A stretch of 64,000 nt of DNA from Eledone cirrhosa (Eukaryota). The position numbers and the translations under genes were made by a program. Of the stretch, positions 13,977 through 28,172 are shown piece by piece. Position 1 is the first letter of the stretch, and each line of letters starts with the position of its first letter. The notes beneath the pieces are model-generated. The model searched no databases. It saw only the letters and a program-made list of their open reading frames with translations, and was not told the origin of the DNA. The stretch covers positions 364,746,001-364,810,000 of the forward strand of contig OZ024741.1 of the NCBI GenBank assembly GCA_964016885.1, written 5' to 3'.

Positions 13977-14655
13977 GACGTAAAATAAGAAAATATTTCT
14001 TTTTAAAAAAATTAAAAAAAAATTTTTTTCTTACTTAAATTTTCACTCCAACTAATTAGTTTCTGCAATGGGATAAAGACAGTTACGTAATCCAACTGTC
14101 GAGAATTCATTGCGTCATCATTTGTCGAGCAAACTTGTCAAAACCACTTCTAAAAAAAATTTTTTTTGGGGTGTTAGTAGGCGTCAGTCATCTTACCATC
14201 CCATTCCTTCTAACTAGCCTCTGTGTCACGTGATTGATTCTTTAGAATCGGCCATTTGACTTGAAGCAGTGAGAATTTCGGTACATAGAATCCAGTCCTC
14301 GCAAGCTGTTCGATCTACCGAATTATTATTATTTTTATATGAGCCGCCAGTGTCCGCGCATTGCCTGGAGACTTAACTGAGAATAGACTTCCTGATGACG
14401 CAATGAATTCTCGACAGTTGGATTACGTAACTGTCTTTATCCCATTGCAGAAACTAATTAGTTGGAGTGAAAATTTAAGTAAGAAAAAAATTTTTTTTAA
14501 ATTTTTTTAAAAAGAAATATTTTCTTATTTTACGTCCTTTATATTATTGTTCTGCATTCTCCTGCATTGAACCACCTAGGTACTATGACATAACCTGTGT
14601 ATTTGCTGGCATGGGCGTGCATCTGTGCGCTTATGTTAGTTGATATATTAAATTA
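13971..14655 (+). mobile_element. Non-coding PLE-type remnant: inverted end + HHR (14387-14468) + tail
   Basis: ACTTC CTGATGA cGCAATG-long loop-CATTGCa GAAA CTAATTAG TT GGAGT; 13971-14120 is inverted relative to 14393-14542. Confidence 0.8.
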
Positions 14656-14657
14656 TC

Positions 14658-14845
<188 letters not shown>

Positions 14846-15058
14846 ATTATATAGCTTCTAATTGAATGGAAGGAAGCATGGGTGGCGTGTTGGTGCAATG
14901 TTAACACACTGGTCCGACAAACCAAAGATCTGGTTTCGTCTCGAAAGTACGTCAATACTCGTCCTTTTCTTTTCCATTCAGATGCTTTTTTTAAAATCCC
15001 AACAAACAGACCAATTTTATTTAGTCGAATACGGCGTAAGCACATGTTACTACCTAAT

Positions 15059-15100
<42 letters not shown>

Positions 15101-15104
15101 TATA

Positions 15105-15711
<607 letters not shown>

Positions 15712-15712
15712 C

Positions 15713-15751
<39 letters not shown>

Positions 15752-15893
15752 CTCCCACACACCGACAAACACTCAGGCTATCACATTGCTTCGCTTGCTT
15801 CTTGACATTTCTCTTGTCCCTTTTTCCAAATGCCAAATCTTCATCCTGACTCACGTTCCCAGAAAGATACCAACACAAAACACGCCAAATATC

Positions 15894-15954
<61 letters not shown>

Positions 15955-16670
15955 ATCATACACACACAACATATACGGCCCTTTCCCCCTTTTCAACCTT
16001 AAAGCTATATATCTCTTTCTCATATTTCTTTCACTCCTTTTTCCTGGATGTCAAATCTTCATGGTAGATAAATACGTTATTAATGACTTCAATTGTTGCT
16101 ATATATTTTGATAGACCATTAATCTTCACTCCAAAAATATTTACATCCTCGAATGTATCGAACTTCTGTGACGTTTACGGTCAATAAAAACCCTTTTATT
16201 TATCATACTAGCTCCTAACAAGGTCATATATTGTTTTATTTTTATTGAAGTGGTGGGAAGAATTGATTATATCTCCAGAACACCCCTCTGGTACTCCTGA
16301 CTTCATTGTCTTTTCTTCCATCGCGTTTAATAGCCAATGAAAATACGTTATTAATCATAATGGGTTCTAACATACACACACGAGCACATCGTTTGTTTGG
16401 TGTTTGTATGAAGGTGGGGCGGTAGAGAACTGATTATATTCGTGTCACTTCCACTCTGCATTCCTAACACTAACACGTTCTTCATATCGTCACCCATATC
16501 ATATTCACCTCACCTCACACAGAACATCTACTAAACACCAGGCCAGTTATTTCTCACCCAGGGAGCTGTTCCTTCAGTGCCGTTGACGTGTAGCGCTTCA
16601 AGAGGAACATAAACCCATTCTAACACTGGTGTATGTATATACACATACGAATATATATATATATATATAT

Positions 16671-17716
16671 ATAAATTAATATGTAAGTGATGAAACACAG
16701 ATACCAACACATCTGTATATATATTGCAAAAGAAAAATTTAGCCAGATTGAAGTATACTAATTATTATACTACAGTTTGTCCATATCGATTTAAAATAAT
16801 AAATCAACGGAGACGAACTGTATTGCCAAAAGGCCGTGATGTTTAGACACATTTAAATTTCAAAATCAAACCTGTTCCGTAGATAAGTTTAGACTTTAAG
16901 ATCCAAATATGTTTCGAGTTAAATAAGTGTAGGAATATCATGTCCCGCTCTCCTCAGTAAACATCCAGAGACAAATTGATATGCTTCACTTCTAAATAAT
17001 TTAAAAGACTGCGTGACGCACATGGCTTTACAGTATCTAACTAGTCTCATAACCGTACTGCTAGAAATAACAGTCGTATATATGAGGCGGTTTGCAGCTC
17101 AAACTAGGAGCAGTTAAAATTAATAAGGTAATTTATACACTGCTCAGGGGATATTTTTCCTCATTCGAGCTGATTCCATTGTAAAAGAATTCATTACCTT
17201 ATTAATTTTAACTGCTCCTAGTTTGAGCTGCAAACCGCCTCATATACGACTGTTATTTCTAGCAGTACGGTTATGAGACTAGTTAGATACTGTAAAGCCA
17301 TGTGCGGCACGCAGTCTTTTAAATTATTTAGAAGTGAAGCATATCAATTTGTCTCTGGATGTTTACTGAGGAGAGCGGGACATGATATGCCTACACTTAT
17401 TTAACTCGAAACATATTTGGATCTTAAAGTCTAAACTTATCCACGGAACAGGTTTGATTTTGAAATTTAAATGTGTCTAAACATCACGGCCTTTTGGCAA
17501 TACAGTTCGTCTCCGTTGATTTATTATTTTAAATCGATATGGACAAACTGTAGTATAATAATTAGTATACTTCAATCTGGCTAAATTTTTCTTTTGCAAT
17601 ATATATACAGATGTGTTGGTATCTGTGTTTCATCACTTACATATTAATTTATACACTGCTCAGGGGATATTTTTCCTCATTCGAGCTGATTCCATTGTAA
17701 AAGAATTCATTACCTT
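16671..17716 (+). mobile_element. 516-bp-unit non-coding element with long inverted arm; homologous to the 567-bp family
   Basis: 16671-17128 is inverted relative to about 17176-17652; direct repeat AATTTATACACTGCTCAGG at 17130 and 17646; shares blocks such as TTTTGAA.TTTAAA.GTGTCTA and TTGATTTATTATTTT with 12594-13160. Confidence 0.8.
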
Positions 17717-17823
17717 ATATATATATATATATATGAATTAAAAGTGACAAAGGCGCTGTGTGGTTACTAATAAATATTATTTAGAAAACGTAAGAGGAAC
17801 ACAAACATAAACACAAGGACAAA

Positions 17824-17885
17824 TCCCGCTCATCGGATGTCTTCTGTAGGTCGCTGATGTTTCGAACGCATTAAAGACAGTACAT
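17824..17885 (-). ncRNA. Candidate non-circularly permuted HHR (core CCGATGA)
   Basis: ATG TA cTGTCTT taatgcg ttc GAAA CAT (13 nt) AAGACAt CCGATGA gcggga. Confidence 0.55.
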
Positions 17886-20126
17886 TTTACCACACTGCGT
17901 TGATAACTAAGAGGAATAGTTATCCGGAAAAAAACAACAAAAACACAACAAAAAAGACGATAACAAAGAGAACAATAAAAAAAAGAGAGAACAAAAAAAG
18001 AAGAGAAAACATACCGATAGAGAAGGGGAAACATGAGACAGTTGTGCATGTAAGTTGTAATAACCAAAAGAAGACAGGGAGAGAGGGGGAGAGCGAGAAG
18101 TTAATAAGGATACCGAACGTAAGTCCTGAATCCGTACTAACACCACGGGGAAGAGCGAACAAAAAACGTCTGATCATAGCGAGAATAAGCTCAAAGAGGA
18201 AGAGACGAAGGAAAACGGATATATATATATATTTATTTATGATTATTAACTCTATAATAATTAACTCCGTATTCGCACCACCAACTACACAAAGAAGACG
18301 GATGAGCTGCATTACGTTGAGTACTTTCCATAATATTACATCAAGATTGACCATACGGAATGACCAATTCTATCCAGTGGTGAACCAACAAACCTAAATA
18401 ATGCTCTAGAAATGTTGAGCACTTTCAGATGTAATAATGAACAGCGGCACTGACTTCAGTGTACAGCTATTGCCAGCATGGGATTGACTGATCTACTTAC
18501 CATTCGGATTTTGGCTGCTCTGTGCTTTGTCTACCGCCCACCCGATCCAATGCTGCTTCTTTGTCAGGAATATTCGGACTCCGACAACATTCTACGTATT
18601 ATACTATAACATGTATTGTATTGACTAAATTCTCTACCCTATACTTCAGGGCTTTTGTGATTCACACTGAATTCTGAGACCCGAACATACACTAGGTACC
18701 ACCTGATACCATTCCATCTCTTCCATCCTCTATATCTATTTGTATAACCTTGTATTATCTAACTGCAACTTGGTCTATATTGTAATTCCCCTTTGCTTTG
18801 ATTCCTCCGATATGTTCTTATATACTTCCGTCTTACTACATCACCACCCTAGCTATGACGGCGTTTTATTTATGTATTTTACTTTTATTAATGTATTTTT
18901 GTTAATGTATTTTATCTTTGTATTTTTATCTTTGTATTCTGCTTTTATTTTTTTTGTGCTTTTCTGCTTATTGTTCCTTTTACACAGGTTTTACTCTCAT
19001 TATGCACCTATTATAACACCCTACCCACCAAAGAACCACACTACTTATAACCCGGACTAACTAGGATTTAGATATAGTCTATTGGCGCATTTCATCGGGT
19101 TTTACCATTTTCGACTGATGTGGTGGCTTTCCCGGCTGCGCGCCGGGCGCTCGGGTTGTTCAGCCTTCCTTGAGTGCTTGGAAAAATAAATTTTCCCTCT
19201 TTCGGTAAATTAAATTACTCGGAGCGGATCGCTTCGCCCCGGGGCTCGCCGCGCCGCCTATTTTGACCGCCATATTATACCTATAAACTCTAGGCCTAAG
19301 CATAACTATTAGCTGTATCATGCCTCCCCCTACTGGAATGTAAATAAACCCCTCCTGTGAGAATTTAGAGTATTCGTTTGGTATTCGTTTGGTATAGACG
19401 ATGGCCTGTTGAAGATGGTAGACTTCCCGCTAGCACACCCGAAGCCTAAGGCAGTTACGTTCCTAGAGTACTCGGAAAAATTAATTTCCATTTCTTTCGC
19501 TAGACGATACCACTCGAAACTGGCTGACACGTGGTTAGGCGGTGCTGGCTGGGATTTACAATCGAAGGCTTTAATCTTTACTCTATATCCCACCCTGATA
19601 ACTTATCGAGATTCCCTATAATACACTTAAACTTTTTCATATAAGACTCTTTCTGTAATTTCATTAAATAAATCTCGCAACCCAAACCTTTAATTTTTAA
19701 ATAATTTTTTAATATTTTTTTTATTTTTTAATTTTTTAATTTAATTTCATCCTATAACTCTAAACATAAGTTTAACGTTCCAATTTTCTGTTCACACATT
19801 ATACCATACAGACTCCTACTATATATGCCTCTGTTAAGATATAGGTTCTTTGGAATAACATTTTTCGCGGCGATTTCTGGCCTGACTGTAGTGTGACCCT
19901 TACGCTGACTTTACTTCTTTCTTTCTTCTTTTTTTTCTCTTTGACGGAGAGGTGGTAGTACATTATAAGCCTTTGCTCCCTCACCAGATGGTCATTAGTA
20001 GACCGAGTAGCCATCACTTGAGGGCGACTGACCGAGGTGAAAGCAGCTAGTTGGTCAGTCCTCCTCTTTGTCTTTGATTTTCGGACCCATGGATTTTATT
20101 TGTTATGTTCCTTTGTTATATTTCGA

Positions 20127-20184
20127 ATACCTGATGATATCACCGGATTCATACGGAACCTGGTCATTGAAATAATCATAGTAT
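20127..20184 (+). ncRNA. Minimal type I HHR at the 3' end of an unclassified element
   Basis: ATAC CTGATGA tatcACCGG..cCTGGTcatt GAAA TaatcA TA GTAT, shortly before (TA)n. Confidence 0.65.
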
Positions 20185-20254
20185 AATAAACCTTTCAAGG
20201 ATTTACACCAGTCCAGCCTCCTGTTATTTTATTTATATTATATATATATATATA

Positions 20255-20639
20255 TTAATAAAAGGAATTCCAACTTTGTCTGATTTACTCGTTTTATTTA
20301 CAATCCTTTAAAATTATAATGATATTATAATGAAATAGTATGGCAGAATATTAAATGTTAAATGTTAATTGAACAAGTACTTTCATGCTTTCGCAATCTT
20401 CAGGTTCATATTCAGTGGTGACAGTCAAGTTGGCAATTTTCAACTGACAGTTGAAAATTGCCAACTTGACTGTCATCACTGAATATGAACCTGAAGATTG
20501 CGAAAGCATGAAAGTACTTGTTCAATTAACATTTAACATTTAATATTCTGCCATACTATTTCATTATAATATCATTATAATTTTAAAGGATTGTAAATAA
20601 AACGAGTAAATCAGACAAAGCTGGAATTCCTTTTACTAA
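20255..20639. mobile_element. Near-perfect 385-bp palindrome with two divergent minimal HHRs
   Basis: Centre near 20447; HHR GAAC CTGAAGA tTGCgaaaGCAt GAAA GTAC TT GTTC at 20487-20523 (+) and 20371-20407 (-). Confidence 0.85.
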
Positions 20640-20673
20640 TATAATCTTCTATACACAATCATACACACCCGTG

Positions 20674-20789
<116 letters not shown>

Positions 20790-20980
20790 TACACTTATAT
20801 ACCTACATACACGCATGCAAACATACATGCATTCATACATACATATATACATGGATATATACATACATACACGCTTACATACATAGATAAACGCTTATAT
20901 AGATGCATACAAGCATGCAAACGTACATGCATGCATCCATCCATACATACATAATACATACATACATGCATACATACATA

Positions 20981-21588
20981 ATGGTGGCTGCCAACTCGTT
21001 TTCGAGTACGGCCACTACTTTATATCCATGTAGGAGAACGCTTACCGATACGCTGAACGAGTGTGACTTTTTAGTCCAGCCAGCGACTTGAAAACTCTGG
21101 TACAAACACTACACTTGTGACAATTATTGACACATAGTGCTGGGTCCATGGTACCATGTGACGACAAGTGCAGAGAGATCTCCAGATATAAAGCAATGCC
21201 TGTGTCGTGAAGCTTTTATAGTGAGCAAAAGCTCTGCACAAAGCCAGTCCCACTCTCTTAACCAAGATGATATTTACCAAAAAGAAGAACAAGTCAACAT
21301 CATTGGATACCATTAGGGTTGCAGGTGTTATATCAGAGTTTTCCTTCTCCTAGAATTCTGCCTTGACAAAGGCTAAGGGGTCATCTCTCCCGGTGATTTT
21401 GGATGGCCATTGACTCTTAAGAGCTCCTTTGCCCTTTGACAGGTATTGTTCTTAGTCCTGCAGGATGTCCAAAGCCACCCTCCTCACCAAGAAACTTGGT
21501 GGGGTTGCCAGTTTAGTCGCCAACGACCCGACCATGAGACAGGTTGTACTGGGATACATGTTACCAGTAGCACCAACTGGTGACCTGA
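20981..21588 (-). mobile_element. Short bipartite non-autonomous RTE derivative (5' UTR + 3' end)
   Basis: Reverse-orientation copy of 31035-31641; flanked by (TACA)n. Confidence 0.7.
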
Positions 21589-22489
21589 CATACATAATAC
21601 ATACATACATACAGGCATACACACATACATGTATACATACAAGCATCCACACATGCATACATACACACATACACATATTTACTGTTGCAATCATAGAGCG
21701 TAAAATGTATGGGTTTTGTCTGTCAGTCTTTCTTTTAAGTTTGTTTCACACTCTTTTTCAATCAGTTAGTTTGAAATTTTATTTTTTGTTCATATTTATC
21801 AATAACACATTCCTTTCTCTGTATTCACTATGTATTCATTATGTTTAAACTCATTCATTCACAAGGTCTTTCAGTTATTCATTCAGTTATTTTCTTTTCT
21901 TTAGAACTCTTGCCCTTTTGAACTTTATCATACCCATTCGATGGCAGCAAGGTTTTTCTGAAGTTGTTAGTGTCTTGGACTAAGATCTTTATACCATTTT
22001 GTCTCATTCCTCTGGGTTTAAAATTTCGTCTATCAAGTTCTTTCATTCGTCCATTTAGGTTATATTCTTTAGAATTCTTGCTGTTTTGAACATTATCTTT
22101 TCGATGCTAGCTGTAGAGCCACGCACTGAGTTTTTGTCTCGTTCCTCTAGGTTTAAATACCGTCGGAAACTATTTCATATTTCAGTCATATGTCAATGAA
22201 ATGAGTAGCGCCTATGCATTGATGACTATTCAATAGTCTACACATTTGATCCATAAAGTTGTTGCCGTGGACTAATTCAAGAAATATAAAATAAAACATC
22301 TTTTTGAAGTGAAACTTCGAAGTGAAACAGTCACTAATAATAATGAATATTATTTTCAGGAGTAAAACAATGCTTCTTGAGTTCTTCTGTCAGTACCTGT
22401 TTAGTGTATCTAATGTATAAACACACACACACACACACACACACGCGCGCGCGCGCACACACACCACACACACACACCCACACACACCT

Positions 22490-22625
22490 AACAGCAGCAT
22501 GTTGGAGATCACCTTCTGATGAGTAAAGTAATATCATGTCGTCTGTAAATTCCACATGTCAATCCTGTTCATGAAGATTATGAATAGGAGAGGTGACATT
22601 ACACAACCTTGGCGTAATATAACTA
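22490..22625 (-). mobile_element. Small LINE RT fragment
   Basis: LRQGCVMSPLLFIIFMNR...EFTDDMILL..SEGDLQ. Confidence 0.65.
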
Positions 22626-22997
22626 TCTTTCTTATTAAGTTGGTGTTTAGAACATAACAAAGGTTCTTATATTAAATTATGATGGAGAGTTTTCAGATAA
22701 ATATAAACAGTTTAAAAAATACAACTTTGTATCTTAGAACTAGAGATGGTTCGGGATCAAAAGTGTTAAATATTATTGTAAGGGAAAAAGTCAAGGAGTT
22801 AGTGTGATTAGGTATATTTGTGTTAACCCTTTCATTACAATATTTCTAATGAAAGACACTGCTTATGATTTTCCAATAATTTTGAAAATGATCAAGAGTT
22901 CATAGGCATTTGATAATATAACTAGCGTTTTTTTGTTTTTTTTACTTTTAAGAATCCATTTTAATTTAGACGCTTTTCGCATAAAGACAAAAACACG

Positions 22998-23850
22998 TTT
23001 ATTGTATTAATGGAGTAAATAAAAGAAAAAAGAGGTTATATGTCTTAATCCGTATGGTGAGCAAATGGGGTCCCACGTGCTGGTCTCCCCACAGTCCCGG
23101 CAGACAGAATGGAGAAGGCGTTTCCCCGGAGGACGGTAAGGGAGTTGCGCTGGAAGACCATTCCAACTCGCGAGGCTCACACCTGCAGCTGGACAGCTCA
23201 GCACCTATTGTGGTGAATAGAGAGGTAGCCCTAGGGCCAAGGACACCAGAAGACTCCACTGCCAAGGACAAGACCGCGAACCTGTCGGAGAGCGACCGGT
23301 ACTTGGAGAGTTTGGCCTCCTCAGCCCGACGTGCAGCAGTACCTGGGTTAGTCTCAGACTGCACCAGGTTGCGGCTGGAGAAAGTGTCGCTGCAAGTGGC
23401 ATCTCAGACGAAGGGTTTGCCACCGCGGAACGGGAAGATGGTCATACTGTCTGGCCTATTGCCGTCTCCTCGTTCCAGCCCCACCGGCTCGAGCTGGGAG
23501 GGGAAGCCTGTAACGTCCAAGCCATGCTTTGTGACTTCGTTGAGGGCAGCATGGCGTGGAAGGCGGCCCGCACTGTGGCGACAGGAAAGCGGGTGGAGGC
23601 TGAAAGTATCCACGGTGGATCCACAGCGACATTTATGTGGCTCGCAGATCCGGAGTCCAAGTGTCAACGAAACGCCGATGCGCAGGCTATCGTTATCCAG
23701 CTGCGTGCCAGCGGAGAAGGAGCGCAAGGCATGGAGCCAGGCACCACTGTGGGGTTTGGAGGCCGCGCGAAAACATACAAGGCGGTGCTGGTCGAGCTGG
23801 CGCGTGAGCTTGTCTGAGGATAACGTTTCCATTATTAAACTGGTGTAAGG
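22998..23850 (-). mobile_element. CRE-clade non-LTR retrotransposon 3' fragment
   Basis: SGAWLHAL, CRCGSTVDTFSLHPLSC (CCHC), RHAALNE, RPDSMTIFPFRGGKPFV, AEEAKLSKY..AVESSGVLG. Confidence 0.85.
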
Positions 23851-23937
23851 ATGTACCAGAATCATTAGAATGTTGGACTACATGTTTGCCAAGATCAGCT
23901 ATGACTTTCATCCTTCCTAGGTGGATAAAATCAGTTA

Positions 23938-24053
23938 AGTATGTATGTATGTATGTATGTATGTATGTATGTATGTATGTGTGTGTGTATGTGTGTGTGT
24001 ATGTATGTATGTATGTATGTATGTATGTATGTATGTATGTATGTATGTATGTA

Positions 24054-24084
<31 letters not shown>

Positions 24085-24395
24085 ATGTATGTATGTATGT
24101 ACGTATGTATGTATGTATGTACGTATGTATGTATGTATGTATGTATGTACGTATGTATGTATGTATGTATGTACGTACGTATGTATGTATGTATGTATGT
24201 ATGTATGTATGTATGTATGTATGTATGTATGTATGTATGTATGTATGTATGTATGTATGTATGTATGTATGTACGTACGTATGTATGTATGTATGTATGT
24301 ATGTATGTATGTACGTATGTATGTATGTATGTATGTATGTATGTATGTACGTATGTATGTATGTATGCATGTACGTACATATGTATGTATGTATG
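23938..24395. repeat. (TATG)n microsatellite
   Basis: Visible. Confidence 0.95.
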
Positions 24396-24936
24396 TCAGG
24401 TCACTCTTCAGCGCTACTGGTAACATGTAACCCAATACAACCTGTGCATGGTCGGGTCGTTGGCGATTCAACCGGCAACCCCACCAAACTTACTTGTGAG
24501 GAGGATTATTTTAGACACCCTGCGGAATGAAGAAAAAAACCCGTCAAAAGGCGAAGGAACTCAGGAGCGTCAACGGCCATCCAATAAATATTTATCTTCT
24601 TTTGTGGAGCGATAGTCTTAATTAAAACATCTCTCTAGGAGAAGATCACTCTGATATAAAACCTGCGACTTCGTTTGTATCCAAATAATGTAGACCATTT
24701 CTACGTTTTGGGTAAATGCATTCGATGTTCAGAGGGTGGGATTGGTCCAGTGCAAAGCCTTTCCACACTTAAAAATGCTGCAAGCACAGACACCGCTTGA
24801 TATGTGACATTTTTTACGATGCGTGGCATGGCTGGCCATAGATAAGTCCCTAGCAGGACTAGAAAGCCACGTCCGTGATACACATACGTAAGTATCAAGC
24901 AATGGCATTACTCGAAATCGATTTGCAGCAATCATC

Positions 24937-24937
<1 letters not shown>
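24396..24937 (+). mobile_element. Diverged bipartite RTE derivative
   Basis: 5' end similar to 31035 (TCAGGTCAC..GCTACTGGTAACATGTA..TCTAGGAGAAG..ACTCTGATATAA); 3' C2H2 relic SLAGLESHVR; (TATG)n flanks. Confidence 0.65.
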
Positions 24938-24969
<32 letters not shown>

Positions 24970-24989
24970 TGTATGTATGTATGTATGTA

Positions 24990-26780
24990 TGTTCTTCTGG
25001 TTTTATAATTTCACAAATTTTTTCCCAATAGAGAGAGAGTCGGTTTCTAACATAGACACAAGACTCTCTCATTGGAATTTACACAACATCAACTAGGTAG
25101 ATTATGTATGTATGTATGTGTAGATATGGATGTTATTGTATGTGTGGATGTGGATGTTTTGAGTTGCATCTTGGTTGAAATTCTTCTTTTCACCCCATAT
25201 TTTTCTCCAAAAGGAATCTATGTCTTTCTGGGATGGGGCCTCAGAGACACTTACTATTTTGCCCTTCATATCTCTATAGACTGATTCTTGGTTTCGTATG
25301 TATGTATGTATGTATGTATGTATGTATGTATGTATGTATGTATGTATGTATGTATGTATGTATGTATGTATGTATGTATGTATGTATGCATGGATGTGTA
25401 GATATGGATGTTATTGTATGTGTGGATGTGGATGTTTTGAGTTGTATGTGTGCATGTGTATATGCTTTGTATCTGTATATGTGTATATGCAGTTATTAGA
25501 TGCAAAATATTTGGAATGTTTTACATATTTTTACTGTTCCATTTAATGGATTGTACTTGTAATTTCCTAACTAGTTGTGTTCTTTCTGTTCCTGTGAAGC
25601 CTAGCTTCTCAAGATTTGTATTGAGGCAGTTACTAACATACCCCAGTGCCCCAATAATCACAGGCATAAATCTGAAGATGTAATCAGGGTGGAGTATCTG
25701 CAGATTTCTCATCAGTTCTGCATAAATATTCTCCTTTTCACTAATCTTTGATATTATATTGGCATCTGCTGGGCAACTAACTTCCACTACTGTGCATGCT
25801 TTCTTCTCCCTGTCTCATATCATAATATCTGGTCTGTTATGCCTGCATTTTATTGGGGTTTTTACTGGAACATTCCACCAGTACTCTTTCATATTATGTA
25901 CATGGATGTCTTCCACATTGCTGTAGCTTTTAATGTGTTTATTATCGGGGCTATCTTTTTTACGAACTGCATTGTACAGTGTTTTCGCCACTACATCATG
26001 CCTCGTAGGTAGATAGTACCGCGATGACATCTTGGACAGCTGCTGATGACATGGGTGACATCTTCGATGTTAATTCTGCAGAGTCTGCACTTGTTATCAC
26101 ATCTAGATGTTTCGCCTGCATCCCTATCTCTTTTGTGAATCAGGTATTTCGTGCTAATCTCCTGTTGCTGGATTGCAAAAGCATATCCTTCAAAGTGGGA
26201 GCCAATATAGCGGTTGTTGGTCCAAGATAGACTACTTTCCTTATCTATATTACTCTCACTCTGGAGCTTCCTGGCAACATATCCATGCATGATTTTTTGC
26301 TGATAAGCATGCAGTTTTTCATCCATGGATTCACTGCGATTCTGCTGAGCGACTTCCCAGGGTGTGAGTTTTTGATTATCACACAGGGAATATCTCTCAA
26401 GGAGTTCCTTCCCAACTCTCATCATCTTATCTGTTTCATGCAGATAGACTTGCTCGAGAAACGGGCTCTTACGCTTCAAGGTTCGTAGATGTTGTCGGAG
26501 AGATATGATGCGACATTCAAATGTTGTCTGGACTGATGTTAGGCCTCTGCCTCCCTGCTTACATTTCAAGTAAAGGCGGTTTATGTCACTGTTGATGTGG
26601 AAGTTTCCGGTGTTGTTCAGTATTTTTCGAGTTCCAACATCAACTGCTCGGATTTCGTCTATCGTCCAATTGAGTATTCCAAACGTTGGTGTTAGGACAG
26701 GCACAGCAAACACATTGTGAGCCACTGTTTTGTTTTGCGCAGAGAGTTCCGATGACCAGATCTTTCTTAATCGGGTGTAG
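24990..26780 (-). mobile_element. R4/Dong-like non-LTR retrotransposon, 5'-truncated, with rearranged 3' UTR
   Basis: NKTVAHNVFAVPVL, RLYLKCKQGGRGL, CRLCRINIEDVTHVISSC, RHDVVAK, HNRPDIMI..VEVSCP, PVIIGALG; flanked by (TATG)n. Confidence 0.85.
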
Positions 26781-26867
26781 TATGTATGTATGTATGTATG
26801 TATGTATGTATGTATGTATGTATGTATGTATGTATGTATGTATGTATGTATGTATGTATGTATGTTA

Positions 26868-27914
26868 TCTCTTTCTCTTAATTTCGAGTATATTTTTGTT
26901 GACCGGTCACCTTCCTGGTGGCAAAGTTGTAAAAGAAAAGAAATTGTCATCCCTTGAATCGCAAGAATGTTTTGCAAATTTTGAAGGTGCCAGCCATCGC
27001 AGCCATTTGTAGACTATGAATTAGGGAGCTGCGCTTTTTGTCCGCAAATCCAAGTTCAGTCATACTTTGGTCCAAGCGGGTTGGTATATAACCCGTAGCT
27101 CCAATAATGATGGGTATGAAGCTAAAGGTGTATCTTGGATACTGGATTTGTAAACTCCTCATCAATGGTCCGTAGATGTCCTCCTTCTCCTGTATTTTTC
27201 TGACAACGTTTACATCAAGTGGGCAGCTGATCTCCACAACAGAACACGTTTTCAATGTGTGGTCCCAAACAACAATATCAGGCCGGTTATGCTTTAATTT
27301 GGTGGCAGTTTTTATTTTCAGGTTCCACCAGTATTCCTTAGTGCCATCTGTCTCAATATATTCTTCCTCGTTTGTTGTTAATTTTGTTTTCCGAAGTGCG
27401 TTCCAGATGGTTCTAGCTATCCCATCGTGTCTCATGGGAGGTAGTAGCGAGATGACATTCTTTCGCAGCTGGCAACAATGTAGCTTACATCTTCGATCTT
27501 TGTTTTACATAGCCTACATTTATTGTCAGCTTCTGGCCCTCCTCTTTTGTGCAGCAGATATATGGTAGGGAGTTCTTGTTCCTGTATTGCATGGAGATAT
27601 CCCTCAAGGTGTGATGTCATAAACTTGTCGGAACTCCATGCCAGGCTTTTTGAGTGGTTTATCCCCTCTATGGTCTGTGTTTTACGCCTCAAGTATCCAT
27701 GCACAACTTTTTCTGTAAATTGGTCAATTTTTTTATCTTGTTTGAACATTGAATAGGATCTTCCGATTTCTCTGGGTGAGAGATTTATATCAGGCTTTAT
27801 TCCATATCTCTCCTCCAGATCAGTCGCTATTCTAATGATTTTTTTTTTCATGCTCATAAACCTGGGCAAGATGGTTGCCAACCTTTTTCCTCTGTTGAAG
27901 GTGTTGCTTCAGTG

Positions 27915-27916
<2 letters not shown>
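26868..27916 (-). mobile_element. Second R4/Dong-like family, 3' fragment
   Basis: EGYLHAIQEQ, CRLCKTKIEDVSYIVASC, RHDGIAR, HNRPDIVVWD..VEISCP, PIIIGATG; (TATG)n/(TACA)n flanks. Confidence 0.85.
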
Positions 27917-27945
<29 letters not shown>

Positions 27946-28172
27946 CATACATACATACATACATACAATGTATGTATGTATGTATGTATGTATGCATGTA
28001 TGTATGTATGTATGTATGTATGTATGTATGTATATATGTTTCTTCTGGTTTTATAATTGCACACATTTTTGCCAATAGAGAGAGAGGTGGTTTCTAACAT
28101 AGATACAAGACTCTCTCATTGGAATTTACACAACATCAACTAGGTAAATATGTCTGCATGTCTGCATGCATA

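Noticed and set aside
14900-14965. HHR-like CCGACAA...GAAA segment
   Set aside because: Core and stem I cannot be completed on either strand
16540-16582. Minus-strand CTGAAGG...GAAA
   Set aside because: A9 is altered and there is no convincing stem I or II
17059-17075. GCTAGAAATA resembling an sgRNA scaffold
   Set aside because: A 10-nt coincidence within an endogenous repeat; no other scaffold sequence
19060-19800. Minus-strand coding-like relic upstream of the 20127 HHR
   Set aside because: Multiple stops and no motif I can assign; left unclassified
21890-22160. About 170-bp-period degenerate direct repeat
   Set aside because: Two decayed copies with no structural or coding signal
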